Shown one piece after another: positions 24,251 through 38,273 of a stretch of DNA of 64,000 nucleotides (positions are counted from its first letter, which is position 1; each line of letters begins with the position of its first letter). The stretch spans positions 139,068,001-139,132,000 of the forward strand of contig CM059432.1 in the NCBI GenBank assembly GCA_030390025.1, given 5' to 3'. This DNA comes from Squalus acanthias (taxonomy: Eukaryota). A model generated the notes under the pieces. It was not told the origin of the DNA, ran no database searches, and saw only the letters and a list, made by a program, of their open reading frames with translations. The position numbers and the translations under genes were made by a program.

Positions 24251-27200
24251 CTTTTTCTTTCTATACATTGGTTAAATTGCTGGTGTCATCCCTGGTGAGT
24301 GCGCAATACAGATTAAGGTGCAAAAACAGAAGAGATTGTACATAGCAGGCTACATGCTATTACATTCATAATACAATTTATATGTTCTATCCAGTATATA
24401 CAATCAACAAGAATGCGCTCTGGCTGCTACTTTCAGAATTTATTATATCCATAGTTGCCAGAACGGCACTAAGTTCAAGTGTTCAAGGTGTTAAAAGCAG
24501 GTGCCACTCTCTCCGCTATCAAATTACGAAGCAATTTCATCACGAAATAATCTATTTCTACAGGAAGCCAATTAAATTGTGCCATGAGAGATTAAGGGCA
24601 CTGCATTAACTTACAGTGGTCTGGTTCAACAGCAGAATAATAATACTATTAAAAATATATACTGAATGTTCAAAATCTTGGGGGTCAACTTTTATTCTGA
24701 ACAGCTTTCAAATACAGTGTAACGCTTGTTACAGTGAACTTACACCCACCATCAATTAAATCATAGACTGTCATTCTGATTGCTTTATTTGTTAAGGGAC
24801 AGCACATTTCCATCCAAGGATCAGCTAGGCTTTATATCACCATAAGACAATTCATAATTCTGAGCAGCAGAATGAATGCACAAATTACATTCTTCAACCT
24901 TTTACTCCCACTAAATCTTTCCTTTTTCCACTTTGCTGAGCTTGAATATTTTATTCCTCCATCAAATATGCATCCCATTAATTAAGTTAAATTACTTCTG
25001 ACTGCCAAATATTCGCTGTCGATGACTGTCAACAGAAAATACATGGCTGTGAACTTCTAATGACACAGCCTCGGTTAAACATGAGTTACAACCTTCAAGC
25101 AGGCATCTACAGGCAAATTATCAGTCTCCTGTTTAAAACGAGACTAAATTAAATGCTGGTTTCTTTCCTTTTGCTTTTAACAACTATACAATAGATGACA
25201 CGCTTGCTTGACAAAGCAAGTGCTGCAATTTTAATTATATGCCTTTTTCTCATCTTTTAATTGCTGTTGTTAATCAGTCATTAACTTCATCTCCTGAAAA
25301 ACTGCAAGTACAAGATTCACGAATCTTCTCAAAACATTTTTTCATAACCAATGTGCAATTTCCACTATTTTAATAATGTCATTTTCAAAAACATGGTATT
25401 TTAGATCTGTCTTTTAAAGATGACAGTAAAGACATTATTAATCACAACTTCCATGGATTGTCTCTCTCAAGCCACAGCAGAAATGGTAAAAAAAAATTTT
25501 TTAAAGTAGATAAAGACAATGAATTAGTTTTCAAAGGTAAGCCACCTAAATTTCCAATTAAAAGCTACGAGAGAATATTAAGTCTTCACACAAAGCATTT
25601 AATAGTATGATGTCCCTTCATATGTCAAGCTGTAGTAAACTGTACTGACAACACATGATAAAACCCAAAAGGTAAAAATGGCCTATAATCCAGACATTGC
25701 TGTCTTCACATAGATTTTTCCTAATTACCGCACAATATGTGGATTTTATTTTATTTTTTTTATTTTTTTTTTTAAAGGCTGATGCAAAATATAGGCCCCT
25801 GTGTAACCCCTACACTGAAAAAAATCAATCTGATCATATACAGATTTTGGCTATATTTTATTAAATAATAATTCCTTCTGAGACAATGTTATAGGTCCAA
25901 TGCAACACTGTTAATTAACATCTACAAATTCTGTTCCCTATTCACAAGAATGCCTATACATGAGGAATCCCAATCAGCTACCTCTTACGTGCATCAATCC
26001 AGGTATAATAAACACTAAAACATCAGCACCTCCTATGTGGTTAATATTTCATTTAAACCGAAGATCTTCAAATCAGTTTGGGTATACAGAAGTGACTATA
26101 TTTTATAATTCAAGTACAAAAACAACTTCAGTTTTTGTGACTGACTTCATGTCAACATTAATCTGTTGAGGTTTTGTCTTCACTTCAGTCTTATTTTTAA
26201 AAAAAGGCTAATTTTTAAACATAAAATAATTCTAATGTATTCACAGAATTTAAAATAACAGCACGCTTTATACTGAAGTACTGATGTCTTTAAAAGAACA
26301 AAATGGGTTAATTCTGTATCACCGAGGTTTTGATAAAGCTGCATTTAGTAAAGTTGCAGAGTTACTAAAGTTTCTTCAGTTTTGATTGATTTCAAAATTA
26401 TTGAGTTCTTCCAAATTACATGTTTTCTAGCCATTAGAAATCCATTCATTTTGATGTGTTAATATACCCTTGATGCTTTTGCAAGACTCACGTTGCTGCC
26501 AAAACATCACTTGCAAAAGTTGCACTGACATTGGTGGGGGGGGGGGGAGGGGGGGGGCTGTGGTGGGGGGGGGGGGGTGGCTGGCAGGGGGAAACCGTAA
26601 TTTAAATTATATTTGTACAGAATAAAGTGCAATTATATTTTCATAAAACGTGAATACCGCTCGTTTATATAATTGAGCTCCCTTATGATCAAACACAGAC
26701 AAATGCAGAATATTAACTCAGCTTACACTGAAAAGCCTTCCACATACACCTTCTCCCCGATCAGCTCCAAAGATTCACCTACCTGATGTAAACGCCAAGC
26801 TTTCTTGTGTTCGCGTTCATTCAATCAATCCAGATATGCAATATCATTGCATCTCGTTATTATAAAAATTGTTACATCTTCAAAAAAAAAAATTTTTTTT
26901 TTTTTTTTGCAGGAGGCAATTATTTTGAGGAGCACTCCCAAAATAACAAAAATAAAAACTGAGAGAGGTCGTGCAGCTTTAAATGTGCTCTATCATAACA
27001 GAAATTGGGTTAAATTATATGGAAATTAATTGAAAATGGTTTGCCATTTTGGAGTTCTATGATAATCAGATTATGATATAAAATGATGTGATAATAAGCA
27101 TGTTTCACTGTGTAACACAAATGCAACAGTCTGGGAAAATTTAAATTTGATTATACCTTATCAGAATCCAGTCATCTGATTGAGGACACCTGGCAACCAA

Positions 27201-28001
27201 TTTTCAAATTGAGGGACAGCGAGAACAGACTGGAAACATCCCCACACAACTACCAACAGCAGCAGCCCCTATAACAAGATGTTAAAAAAGTTGACCTTTC
27301 CTTCTCTACGGAGTTGGGGTTTTTTTCCCCCCTCTCTTCCCTTTTTCTCTCCATTACAATTTGCAGCTTGGTTTCCCACTTTAACTTGCAACAGAAGTGT
27401 AGATAATAATCATGGCTTTCTTTCAAAATTATAATTTTTATCAAATAGAATACTGCACTATCTGCTGTGATGCTGAACTGTAAAGGCAGGAAAGGGCCCA
27501 GGTTCTTATTTTTTTTTGGTCTGTGTTGCATTAGCTGATTTCTGTCCATTGGTTCGAGCACTACAATAGGCTCTGGGGCTAAGGGGCAAAAGATTTTTTT
27601 GATATATTGTCAGGGTTCCAGTTCCTTATAGCCATTTTATGATTCCTGCAGATGTAAAGAAATCAGATGATGAGGAAAAGATCAGGCTCAGTTTTGATAC
27701 CCTCGTTGATGAATATTGAGCAATTACTGTCTAGACTACTACATGAAGAATAGTCCTTTACGTGAGATATCAGAGGGCTGATCATGAAACCACACCACAA
27801 CATTAGTCACCACTTTTAGGAAAGGAGGGAAGAATATTTTTTAAAAATTGTTTGATTTTATAAGTTAACACTATATGTTGTATAGAATCGAGGATATCTG
27901 CTTAGTTCGAAGGATTTGATCTATTAACCTTCTTCTTCAATCAACAAGCATCAATTTTGTCCTTAAATAAAACAATATACTACAGATGCTGGAAATCTGA
28001 A

Positions 28002-28226
28002 GGTGTCAGCCATGGCTCAGCGAGTAGCACTCTCACCTCTGAGTCAGAAGTTTGTGGGTTCAAGCCCCACTCCAGATACTTGAGCACAGAAACCAGGCCG
28101 ACACTCCCAGTGTAGTATTGAGGGAATGCTGCACTGTCAGAGGTACTGTCTTTCGGATGAAATGTTAAACCAAAGCGCCATCTGCCTCTCAGATTGATGT
28201 AAAAGATCCCATGGCGCTATTTTGAT
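28002..28226 (+). mobile_element. Deu-domain SINE 5' half
   Basis: ggtgtcagccatggctcagcgagtagcactctc...ggttcaagcccc...tctttcggatgaaatgttaaacc. Confidence 0.82.
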
Positions 28227-28731
28227 TCATGCCCCACAATCTCCAAATACTGCTGCGTTCATAACCTCAGCTACATTTGGTGGGATTAAGTAGAGACCAG
28301 GCACTTTCTTGCAAAGAAGCCAGTTCAAAGAGCAACAGGCCTGCCGGCAGCTGGCCCATCATCATGGCTGCAACTGTTGCATTGCCAGTGAGATCAAGTA
28401 ATGGAGAGAAAAACAAAGGGAGCGCTAAAAAATAAAAGAAAATCTGTATTTTTTTTTAATGCTATTATCGTACACTGGTGCTCATTGTGCTCGTTGTATG
28501 CTCCTGTTCACACGTGTTCGGGATTCACCACGAGCTAAGTTCTCCATCTAAGGAGTACGATTAGGGGGAAGCAGAGGACACAGAAAAGGCAATTTCCTAT
28601 GGAGAGAAGAGTGAAATCTGAGCGGGAAGATCGAAGCCACACTTGCAGCTCGCAACAGCCAGCTCAAAAGCAACATTGGCCTAAGCAGCAAGTCAGCTTT
28701 CATCCCTGGGCTGCATAGTGTGAGAAACTGA

Positions 28732-28758
<27 letters not shown>
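28732..28758. repeat. (AG)n microsatellite
   Basis: Directly visible. Confidence 0.9.
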
Positions 28759-28764
<6 letters not shown>

Positions 28765-28899
28765 TTTAAAATAATGCAACATAATTTTTTTACGAACTTG
28801 GAAAAAACAAAACTGTTAATCCTAATTTATTACAAAACCAAAAAATCAGGGTTTTAAAAATCGCATACTTCAGTATTCTCCAACTTGCTAACACAGACA

Positions 28900-29168
28900 C
28901 AACAACAACAAATATTTATATATCGCCTTTAACGTAATAAAACGTCCCAAGGCGCTTTACAGGAGTGTTATCAAAAAAACAAACAAAATTTGACACCAAG
29001 CCATATATGGAGATGTTCAGGCAGATGAGCAAAAGCTTGGCCGAAGAGGTAGGTTTTAAGGAGCGTCTTAAAGGAGGAAAGAGAAGTGGAGAGGTGGAGA
29101 GATTTAGAAAGGGAATTCTCGGTTAGGACTTGGGCAGCTGAAGGCATGACCGCCAATGGTGGAGCATT
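28900..29168 (-). mobile_element. L2 LINE 3' fragment (part of inverted duplication with 14055-14367)
   Basis: NSLSKSLHLSTSLSSFKTLLKTYLF; (caa)n tail. Confidence 0.85.
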
Positions 29169-29324
29169 TAAAAACACATTTAAAAAACACAGCAAATAAA
29201 AAGCTACTGTAGCAGGACAATTAAAATGATTATTTACATACAGATTGAAAGGTGATGAGAGAGGTATGTCTGCAATTATTCTGGGTTTCAAACCTGCATT
29301 TATTCTAAGATGTCCAACAATCCT

Positions 29325-29700
29325 TCTCTAGAAAAGAGAAAGCTGAGGGGTAACCTAATAGAGGTCTTTAAAATTACGAAGGGGTCTGGTAGGGTAGACG
29401 AGAAGATGTTTCCACCTGTGGGGGAAGACCAAAATTAGGGGCCATAAATATAAGATAAATCACCAATAAATCCAATAGGGAATTCAGGAGAAACTTCTTT
29501 ACCCAGAGTGTGGTTAGAATGTGGAACTCGCTACCACATGGAGTGGTTGAGACGAATAGCAGAGATGCATTTAAGGGGAAGCTGGATGAGTACATGAGGG
29601 AGAAAAGAATAAAAAGGATGTGGTGGAGGCTCGTGTGAAACATAAACACCGGCACAGTTTGGCCGAATGGCCTGTTTATGCGCTGTAAATTCTATGTAAA
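29325..29700 (+). mobile_element. CR1 LINE 3' portion
   Basis: tctctagaaaagagaaagctgaggggtaacctaatagaggtc...ttctttacccagagtgtggttagaatgtggaactcgctacc...ggccgaatggcctg. Confidence 0.85.
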
Positions 29701-31339
29701 TCTGTGTAATGCTGAATCTAGCTGTACCAATGAGTTTTGCCATGCAATAGTTATTAACAATCCCAAAGCTATTATGATCCACTCTCACTGGCACCTACAT
29801 GGCTTGAGCCCTGACCCTTTCAACCTCCCTCAGGCTAAACCCAGTGGTGCACACGCTCGGTGTTCCGATCAGAGCCTCACACGCACATCTGATCCATCGC
29901 CAAGCACTGTTTCCAACACCTCCAGAACATTGTTGGCTCCGCTCACAAAATGCTCAACCATGCTCTCATCACCTTGAGGATATGTGTCTGCAATGCCCTC
30001 CTCCCTGGCTGCCCCAACTCCTTCCCCAGTGTCAAATAATCCTTAACTCTGTGACCCAAGTCCACTCCAGCACAAAGGTCTCATTCACTTGCCAAGCTCC
30101 ACTATGGCTCTGTGGATCAATTTCAAAATTCTTGGTCTTGCTCTCAAAACTGTTCTGAACCATGCTTTATTGCATCTCTAATATTCGCCTGGTCCCAGCC
30201 TGCATTTTCTGACTTCAATTTACCACTTGTTCCACACTCCATGTGATATGCCTTGTGGTCCACCTTTAGGGGTCATTATTTCAACGATCTCATCTCTCTT
30301 CCTCACTTCCAAAGCCTCCTTAAGACCTTCAACCATGCCTTTGGTCCTCTAAATCTCAGTTGCTGCACAGGTCCACCATTTTCCTCTTATTCAGATGTCC
30401 GTCCATGTGTAAGCTGCTGTTGTAGCATTTGAGTTTGCCTCATTGATTCCCTATGGAGTTCACAATCTTACCTGGTAAGAATGTTATGCTCCAGTTTAAT
30501 CATAAATACTGATCATGCCTCCGAGGTTAGATGTATAAAGCTAATTGCTCCGCTAGTAGATCCAAGTTACACTGACTGCACCGCACAATGGACTTTGTGA
30601 TAACAGAGTATGTACTTGTGTGCGCAGTTACACATCCTGGGCAGTAAACTTTTAATATTACGAGCATGAGCTGCACTTGTGCTCATAACATCAGCAAGAG
30701 TCAGAAGTGAGTTTATAAACTTGCCAGATGGTCCAAAAGGACTGTCTGAGCACTTTTTAAATGTGGCTTTGCACCAGACTGGAGTTATAACGAACCCAGT
30801 ACAAAGTGCAAGTGGTGCAAAACTAGGTGGTTTCTCAACTCTTCCGATAGCATAATTTACAACTCCTCCTTCGCCCATGTTTTCTTTTTGTTTTCTCTCC
30901 CTGTTTCTTGACCTTTTCACTCATACAGCATTCCCACAGCAAAATAGTGGTCAGGCAATGTGTTTGCCCGATTCCATGACTGCGGTTCTCCAAGTCAATC
31001 GGAAAATGGATGAGAGCAGCTTAGTATGGTCACCTACCAGTTTCCCTTTTGCCCCTTTCCTCCTGTGGAGAAGCACATGACCTCTGATTGCCCCCTCCAG
31101 TCGATGACATTGCTGAGATTGGGAACACACCGTAGAGAGGGGATCACAGCCACATCTTACTAACATCACTAAAACAGATTGGTTAAGTGAAAATTCTTCA
31201 AAAGAATTGAAATGCAGATATTGTAGATATATGTTGCCAATTAACTCAAAGATAATATTGGTAAGAATTTTTAGTTTTGCCCCTTTGCACAAAATAACAG
31301 CCAAAAAGCTGTTGAGCCTGGGAGTCAATTGAAAATGTA

Positions 31340-31492
31340 AAAACTGAGATTGATCAGATTTTTGTTAGGCTTAAGTTAGTATTCAGGGTTACGGAACCAA
31401 GGCAGGTAGAACGAGTTAAGATACAGATCAGCCATGGTCTAATTAAATGGCGGAACAGGTTCGAGGGACTGAATGGCCTCCTCATGTTCCTA
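31340..31492 (+). mobile_element. CR1-type 3' end fragment
   Basis: Same subfamily tail as 22660-22797. Confidence 0.7.
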
Positions 31493-33642
31493 AAATGGAA
31501 AGAGCATTCAAGTGCAAAAAAAAACCAAACAGGGAGGTGTTATATCCCAGCAAATATCAAGCCATCCAACCTGAAGTGCTATTAACACAGACCAGCTGAA
31601 CTGCAATATCGCTGTATGTCAGACCGCACAACTATTTGATGTCTCTGTCTCCAAGTTATTCTGTACACAAGATTTTTTTTGAACTCCTAGTTCTTTTAGC
31701 TCTGCGATATCTTGCTGCAAAACAATGTACGGTTATCTGGTACGAAAACTTTGATGTAAATGAATTATGCCCTTTGGGACTGCCCACTTCATGAAAATCT
31801 CTGTGTTGGAACAGTTCACGAGAAATAAGTGACTTAAACCATTGAAGATTTAAATAATGCGACGCATTTCATGCCCAGCCTGGTGCCAGATTCCAATGAA
31901 GTTGTTAATGCATGTAATGATTAAGTGTAACTCAAATACTAACTGTGTTGTTGAAAACATGACAGGCAATAATTTGGTCTATTATATTCTACCATTTAAT
32001 TGCCTAGTTCAGACATTCTTTGACACATTATGAAGCAATGATTTACAATTATTCAAGCTGCAAAGGTCAGAAAGTGACATTATAATCATCTTCAAAGAGA
32101 TCCCCTCACATCCTCAAAACAAGGTAATGCAACTAACAACAATTTTACTGCAGTTGTAACTGTTTACAGCTGTATTTTATCTACAGTGCAACAGTCATAA
32201 GCAGGAGAGAGAAAAATATACATTAACCTGCCTGCATCAACTCAGGTATGTTACCTGCGTTTAAAAACAAGTCATTAAAGTACATTTATACACATATATT
32301 CAATACTATTAACACTTGAAACAAAAAAATCAGATTTATTAGCTGTACCACAAATATTCCACTTCGACACAATTTATTTTAGTGTACACTAAATAAATAT
32401 AAGCCGTTGCAGCAAAGTGTCCAAACTAGATTGCTGCTTTTGACTACAGAGTTAATGTTGCTGAAAGATCACTTCACCCTTTAGAATATAATCCTAAAAA
32501 AAATTATGGTAATAAAGGAATGCAGCATGAGCTGCTTATGTTGAGGAACTAATGGGTCCATCGAGCATTCTCTAAATTATTTAGTCATTGATGATAATGA
32601 ATTGACATTGTCATGGTATTAATGTAAAATGTTGCATCATTGTAACCATCGAGCTGATACTATTGCTTAATTTACATATTCACTTAATTAATGTTAAGCC
32701 TCAACAAATGCTGAAGGGGTCAGTTCTCCGAGCATTGTAATATCTCCTGCTCCTTTGGTCTCTGCCCCCCCCCCTCCACTCTCACTGACCAAATTAAATA
32801 TCAGTGTTTTCCACTGTAACCAGCGTGACCCAACAGCATAATTATTCATCCTTACAAGCAAGAACTTGTACACTGGAAACCATTTTCAAGATTTACCAGT
32901 GCACTTTTTCCTCGGTATTTAACATGCTTAATAGTTGAGGTTAATGCAAGCCAGGCTAACAGGAAACCCAGACTACAGAGTCAGAGGCTGCATTAGAATA
33001 GGTAAGCTTTGTACATTTTTAACAAAATTGCTGCAATTAAAGTAAAATGATGCTTTGCTACAAGAATGAAGTAAAATAATTACTCTGAACCTTTGTGATC
33101 AGATTTCACAGATATGTAGCAAAAATTTGTCAGTCAGTCAATTAGAAAAATCAATACAAACTTTCACAGTAGGAAAAGGCACAGAACAATGACTAAAGAT
33201 AGCCAACTCGAGAAACAGTCTCAGAAAATGAGAGAACTTGCCGACTCTGAATAGCGCACGCTAAATTATTGAAACAAACAAAATGAGTCGTCCTTTCTGG
33301 TTTTTTTTTAAAGTACACATGATAGCAGCTGAATTGAACAAGGTTAATTATTCATTTATCGCAGCCTCTTCTCAAGCAGCAATTTAGTACAAACTTATTT
33401 AATTCACTACCAACAGGTGCCGCTTAATGGTAACAATTTGATAAATGGCATTTTTTTTTTCTTTTACCAGGGCATCCAAATTAACATACTTCCAAACGCT
33501 CCAGTTCCTAGCCAGCAGTTTTGTAACTTCTACTCAACCTAATTCAGATTTTACCCCACTAGCTCTTCTGAAGTTTGCTACAGACGGCACCAGATATACA
33601 ATTGGTAAGAAATTTCACACTGGTAATAGTTTCCACACCAGA

Positions 33643-33855
33643 TCCTGGGCCAATATTTATCCATCAACCAACATCCCTAACCCAGATGATCTGGTCATTA
33701 TCACATTGCTGTTTGTGGGAGCTTGCTGTGCGCAAATTGGCTGCTGCGTTTCCTACATTACAAAAGTGACTACACCTCATAAGTACTTAATTGGCTGTAA
33801 AGCGCTTTGGGATGGCTGGAGGTTGTGAAAGGCGCTGTAGAAATGCAAGTCTTTC
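33643..33855 (+). mobile_element. Deu-domain SINE 3' half
   Basis: tcctgggccaatatttatccatcaaccaacatc...gcttgctgtgcgcaaattggctgc...aaatgcaagt. Confidence 0.82.
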
Positions 33856-36048
33856 TTCTATGAAGTCAAATGCTTTCATTTTAGATTTACAAACGTTGGT
33901 TAGTTTTCCTAGGCAGAAAAGGATTAGTGAAACGGTTAACAAACCCATTTTCTTTTGTAAATTGAGAACAGGGGCTCATTACCCACCTTTATTACAATCA
34001 GTTGAAAAAGAGGCAATTCTAAACAGACTCTGTACAATTTGAGAGGAGGCGGCCCAGTTTGGTGGGGGGCGGGGGGGGTGGTGGTGCGGGTGAGGAGAAA
34101 CATGCCACTAAACAGCAAGTAAATTAACAAAATATACTTATAAAAAAGGTTACTCAACTCGCTTTATTTTTTATTTTACCCATGCCATATCTCCATTGCA
34201 GAAGTTTGATGACTAAAATATGATGTTAGTGACAAGTCTGCCACTAATTACAATTGCTTCAGTTGTTACATCACTGCATAATTATGCAAAGCGTTAAGCT
34301 GTCAAATCACTATTCCATTTAATCAAAGTATAATTAATAGCATGGTCATGTTAACAATGGTCACTTAAACCAAAATTCCCACATCACCCACCACTTTAAT
34401 TTCTGGGTCAGAACGTGAAACTTCGAATACATATTTACCCTCTCCCACCCAATTACTTTTCAGTAATTCTTCCCTAATTAACCAGCAGATACCCAATGAT
34501 TAAACACAAGCATTCTTTTTTGTTATGTGGCTGCACAAACATAACTGCTGACCTTTTTTTTGGCAAATTGAGAGTGTTTTATTTTGGAATTTTGCACGAA
34601 AGAGGGTTAAAGTCCAAAAAGTTTAAAAAAAAACTGCAGTGTATTTCAAAACCAAAAAAAGTGCACAAAGTTTATAACTATAACTGGATTTTGATGACTG
34701 CTCTCGCATGTATTCTATTAAACATTTATCTCTACTAACAGCATAAGGATGCATTACACAGTATCCCGTAAAGTTTAAGCCCGCTATTAAATAAGCATTG
34801 CTGTAAACACCTTATGAGGAGACATCCCTAAAGCTGTAGCTTTTTAATTCGTTTTGTTTTCAACCTCCAGCATAAAGACCAGAGCTGCTGAGTTTTCATG
34901 TTTGTTACTGAGATCTCTGCAGATGTGCGCGCTGCCAACAGCTTAGCATGAAAAGCAGCAGGCTAATGGGATTAAAATATCGATTCTGTATTGATTACAA
35001 ATTGCCACCAATGTCCAAATGTCCAAGATGGTAGCCATTAGTACAAAGCCAGGCAATCATGGTGCATGTACGTGAGGAACCTGCTTTTATTAGGTTTGCT
35101 TTTCATAAAAGGAACCCTAAACCTGTAATCATCTAAATGGTTAACAGATGTGACATAAACACAAAAATGTGCTTGTTGAACCTACTCACCACTCATTATT
35201 CCATTTGCAACAGGCAATAAACAGACTCAAAACATCATTTATAAATAAATCAACTCATTTTAAAACATTCTTTCAGTTGGATTTATCTTGGAAATCTTAA
35301 CATACTATTTCCACTCCTCCAAGTTCAGTAATTGTTTGATTAGAGGAAAGTAGCTCGATCCAAAAGGAAATAAACGGGTTCGAGTCTGCATTCTAAATTA
35401 GTTACCTTTTAACTAAAATGAAACAAACTTCACCAAGTATGTATTCCTTTACTTCTTATTGTGCTCCATTTATGTAATAGAGTGGTCGTTCATTTACTAA
35501 CATATACAAGGCTGTAAATAATAAAATTAACCGCCTTTGTTAAAATAATAAACATTCATAATTTCCACCGCTACCCAAATTAGATGCCTTTTTCTCACCG
35601 TCTTCCTTGGACAGATCTTGTTCCTTTAGTTCGGAAACCAGCCCAGTTCCTCACTATTTACCAGAGGCAAACCTTTAATCCAACTACTGTTTTACTAGCT
35701 TCTAAAATAAAATGAGGATTTGTCCTTGCAACTACTATTTAATTCAGCTAATTCCTACATCACAGATTGAAATGAAACTCGTGTGTCAAAAAATATTCTC
35801 ATGCTAGATAAGCATTATAATGACTAGCTGCTGTTTACAAACATACTGAAGCGTAATGGAAGAAAGCAAGATATACAGCATTTGTTAAAGCGAATAATAT
35901 TTGTAATCTATAATAAAAGCTGTAAGCTAAATGCACACAGTTTTTTTTTTCCAAATTTTCCGGTACTCTGGACTTTTTTTCTTCTCAGAAAAATACGATC
36001 CAAGTACATTCCTTTTGGAAAACAGAAAAGCATTGTTGGAGCACTTAC

Positions 36049-36163
36049 CCACACATGTGACACTTGTATTCGCGAACGCCAAGGTGCCGCTTGACGTGAT
36101 TACGGGCATCTCCTAACTGTGCTGTTGCAAAGTTGCAGAGGGTGCATCGGAAAGGTTTCGATC
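36049..36163 (-). CDS. ZNF407: Internal coding exon (115 bp, phase 1 to 2) of zinc finger protein 407
   Basis: Minus strand: acceptor ttttttttaaaattcag|GA and donor GG|gtaagt. Translation (G)SKPFRCTLCNFATAQLGDARNHVKRHLGVREYKCHMCG is one complete C2H2 finger plus the start of the next. It matches the human ZNF407 segment GSKPFKCKICHFATAQLGDARNHVKRHLGMREYKCHVCG as I recall it. Neighbouring exons were not found in the window. Confidence 0.92.
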
Positions 36164-37927
36164 CTGAATTTTAAAAAAAATACAAAATAAAAAAAACAGC
36201 GTTAGGTAAAATTATAAAAACAGACTGCTCAGCACAGTTGCTTAGTGCATTTCCTCTTCACCTCTGGAAGTTCAACTTTAATTCAGCCCAGGTGAATTGG
36301 ACGAAACTCTCAACTCTGCGCCGTCTTGATACTCTTCCTAGTGGCTTGTTAATCCACAGCAGTAAAGTACCAACACCGTTTGCAAAAATTAACAGTGGCT
36401 AATGAGTTGGCGAATGATATGGGAAAAGAAATATATTCTACCTGTTCAGTCGTAAGAGGACGATCATACTCGGGAGAAAGACAACACGAGGAATTGAGCT
36501 GATTACGGGTTTAGGACTCCTTTCATGGGGAGAGGGACGTAAATTCGCAAAGGGAATCTTATGAGGTAGACATTGAAGTTTTTTTTGTGCTGAACCAGAA
36601 AGAGTATAAAATCTCAAGTCAGGCATGACAAAAAGTAATTACTTGACCGTTAAGACTGCTGACTTCTGCGAGAGAGTCACAGCTCTTGCAGTGAGCACAG
36701 ATTTTGTTGAAGTACTCAAAAAAGGAATGGAGAGCTTCTTAATTAAAGAGAGTAGTGGGGTACATTCTAGGCTTCAGTATAAGAGGGGATGAAAGCGTTA
36801 CGAGTCCTTTTTTCTGAATATAAACATCAAGCTGTGCGAGACAATTGCCTATTTTCTCTCCTATTTACTTATTTTGGGGGTCAATTCACCTTATTGGGAC
36901 AACGAAATGCATCTTTACCCTGCCTCTAACAAGTTATACAGCCTGACTTGGGAGTCCTACATACTATTTTAAGCCCTCCAACAAAGGGGTCATTTTTAAA
37001 TAATCATACTGCAGTAAGTGACCTCTCGTTCTGCCTCCATGTTGTAATGTGTTTCCTATTGCAACCCACGAGAGCCCATTAAAATGTTCCATTCCCAACA
37101 CATCTCACCTTGGCTCACGACAAAAAAAAAATTTAAATGATTTCAAAAACTTCTTACAATATTTAAGATTTTGGAGATGAACTAAATTATAATCCTGCAA
37201 GAACACATTACGACTATACAAATAATTGGGACACCTAAGCACCATATGGAGCTTTAGTTTAGCAGTGTAGAAGAAACACTTTTACCAGCTGCAGCAAAAT
37301 ATCTACAAAAGTATCAGTGTAGATCGCACATTTACACTAAACTCAATATTTGTGTTAATTGAGATAAATTTTGCACTTTAATTTCTGAATGTAGGTCAGG
37401 ACTCAGGGGCTGCAACTGGGAAAAGGAATACTGCACACGACAAAATAAGAGGTCCTTTATTGCAAACAGACTATCTTACAACTTCAGTACAGTATATGGC
37501 CAAAAGCAGCTTTCTATCCTAATCCCAGAACCATTTTTATACTGTTTGAAACAGCACAAATTAGGGCTTGAAATTAGTAAGATTCAAATTGACCCATTTC
37601 TAGATAATGAAATTAGTTCACAGATTTCAAGGTAATTAAACCTTGACCCTTCACCTCGGTTCCTCAATTAAAAAAAGTGAGGTTACCGTGAAGGAAGACT
37701 TTGTCTCTGCGATATTTGTGGCAAAGTCATAAACCCATTTATGAACAGTTTATGGTTTCACATCACATAATTTAAGAAGAAAATCTTCTCCCTTATATTT
37801 ACAGAATGCATGTCATTTTCACCACAGGAGTATTGTTATCTGAATATGCCTGATTCTTCAGGAAAATCAGACTATGTTAAAACATCCGAGCAGGATTGGA
37901 TTCTCGCCATCATAGAAAAGAGAACGC

Positions 37928-38266
37928 AAGAACATAAGAAATAGGAGCAGGAGTAGGCCATTCGGCCCTTCAGATATTCAATAAGATCATGGCTGATCTT
38001 CTACCTCAACTCCACCTTCCTGCACTATCCCCATATCCTTTAATTCCCTTAGTATCCAAAAATCTATCGATCTCTGTCTTGAATATGCTCAACGACTGAG
38101 CATCCACAGCCCTCTGGGGTAAAGAATTCCAAAGATTCACCACCCTCTGAGTGAAGAAATTTCTCCTCATCTCAGCCCTAAATGGCTGACCCCTTATCCT
38201 GAGACTGTGACCCCCTAGCTCTACACTCCCCAGCCAGGGGAACCATCTTCCCATCATCTACCCTGT
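37928..38266 (-). mobile_element. CR1 LINE 3' portion
   Basis: ORF 38006-38257 GHSLRIRGQPFRAEMRRNFFTQRVVNLWNSLP...FKTEIDRFL. Confidence 0.88.
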
Positions 38267-38273
38267 AAGAATA

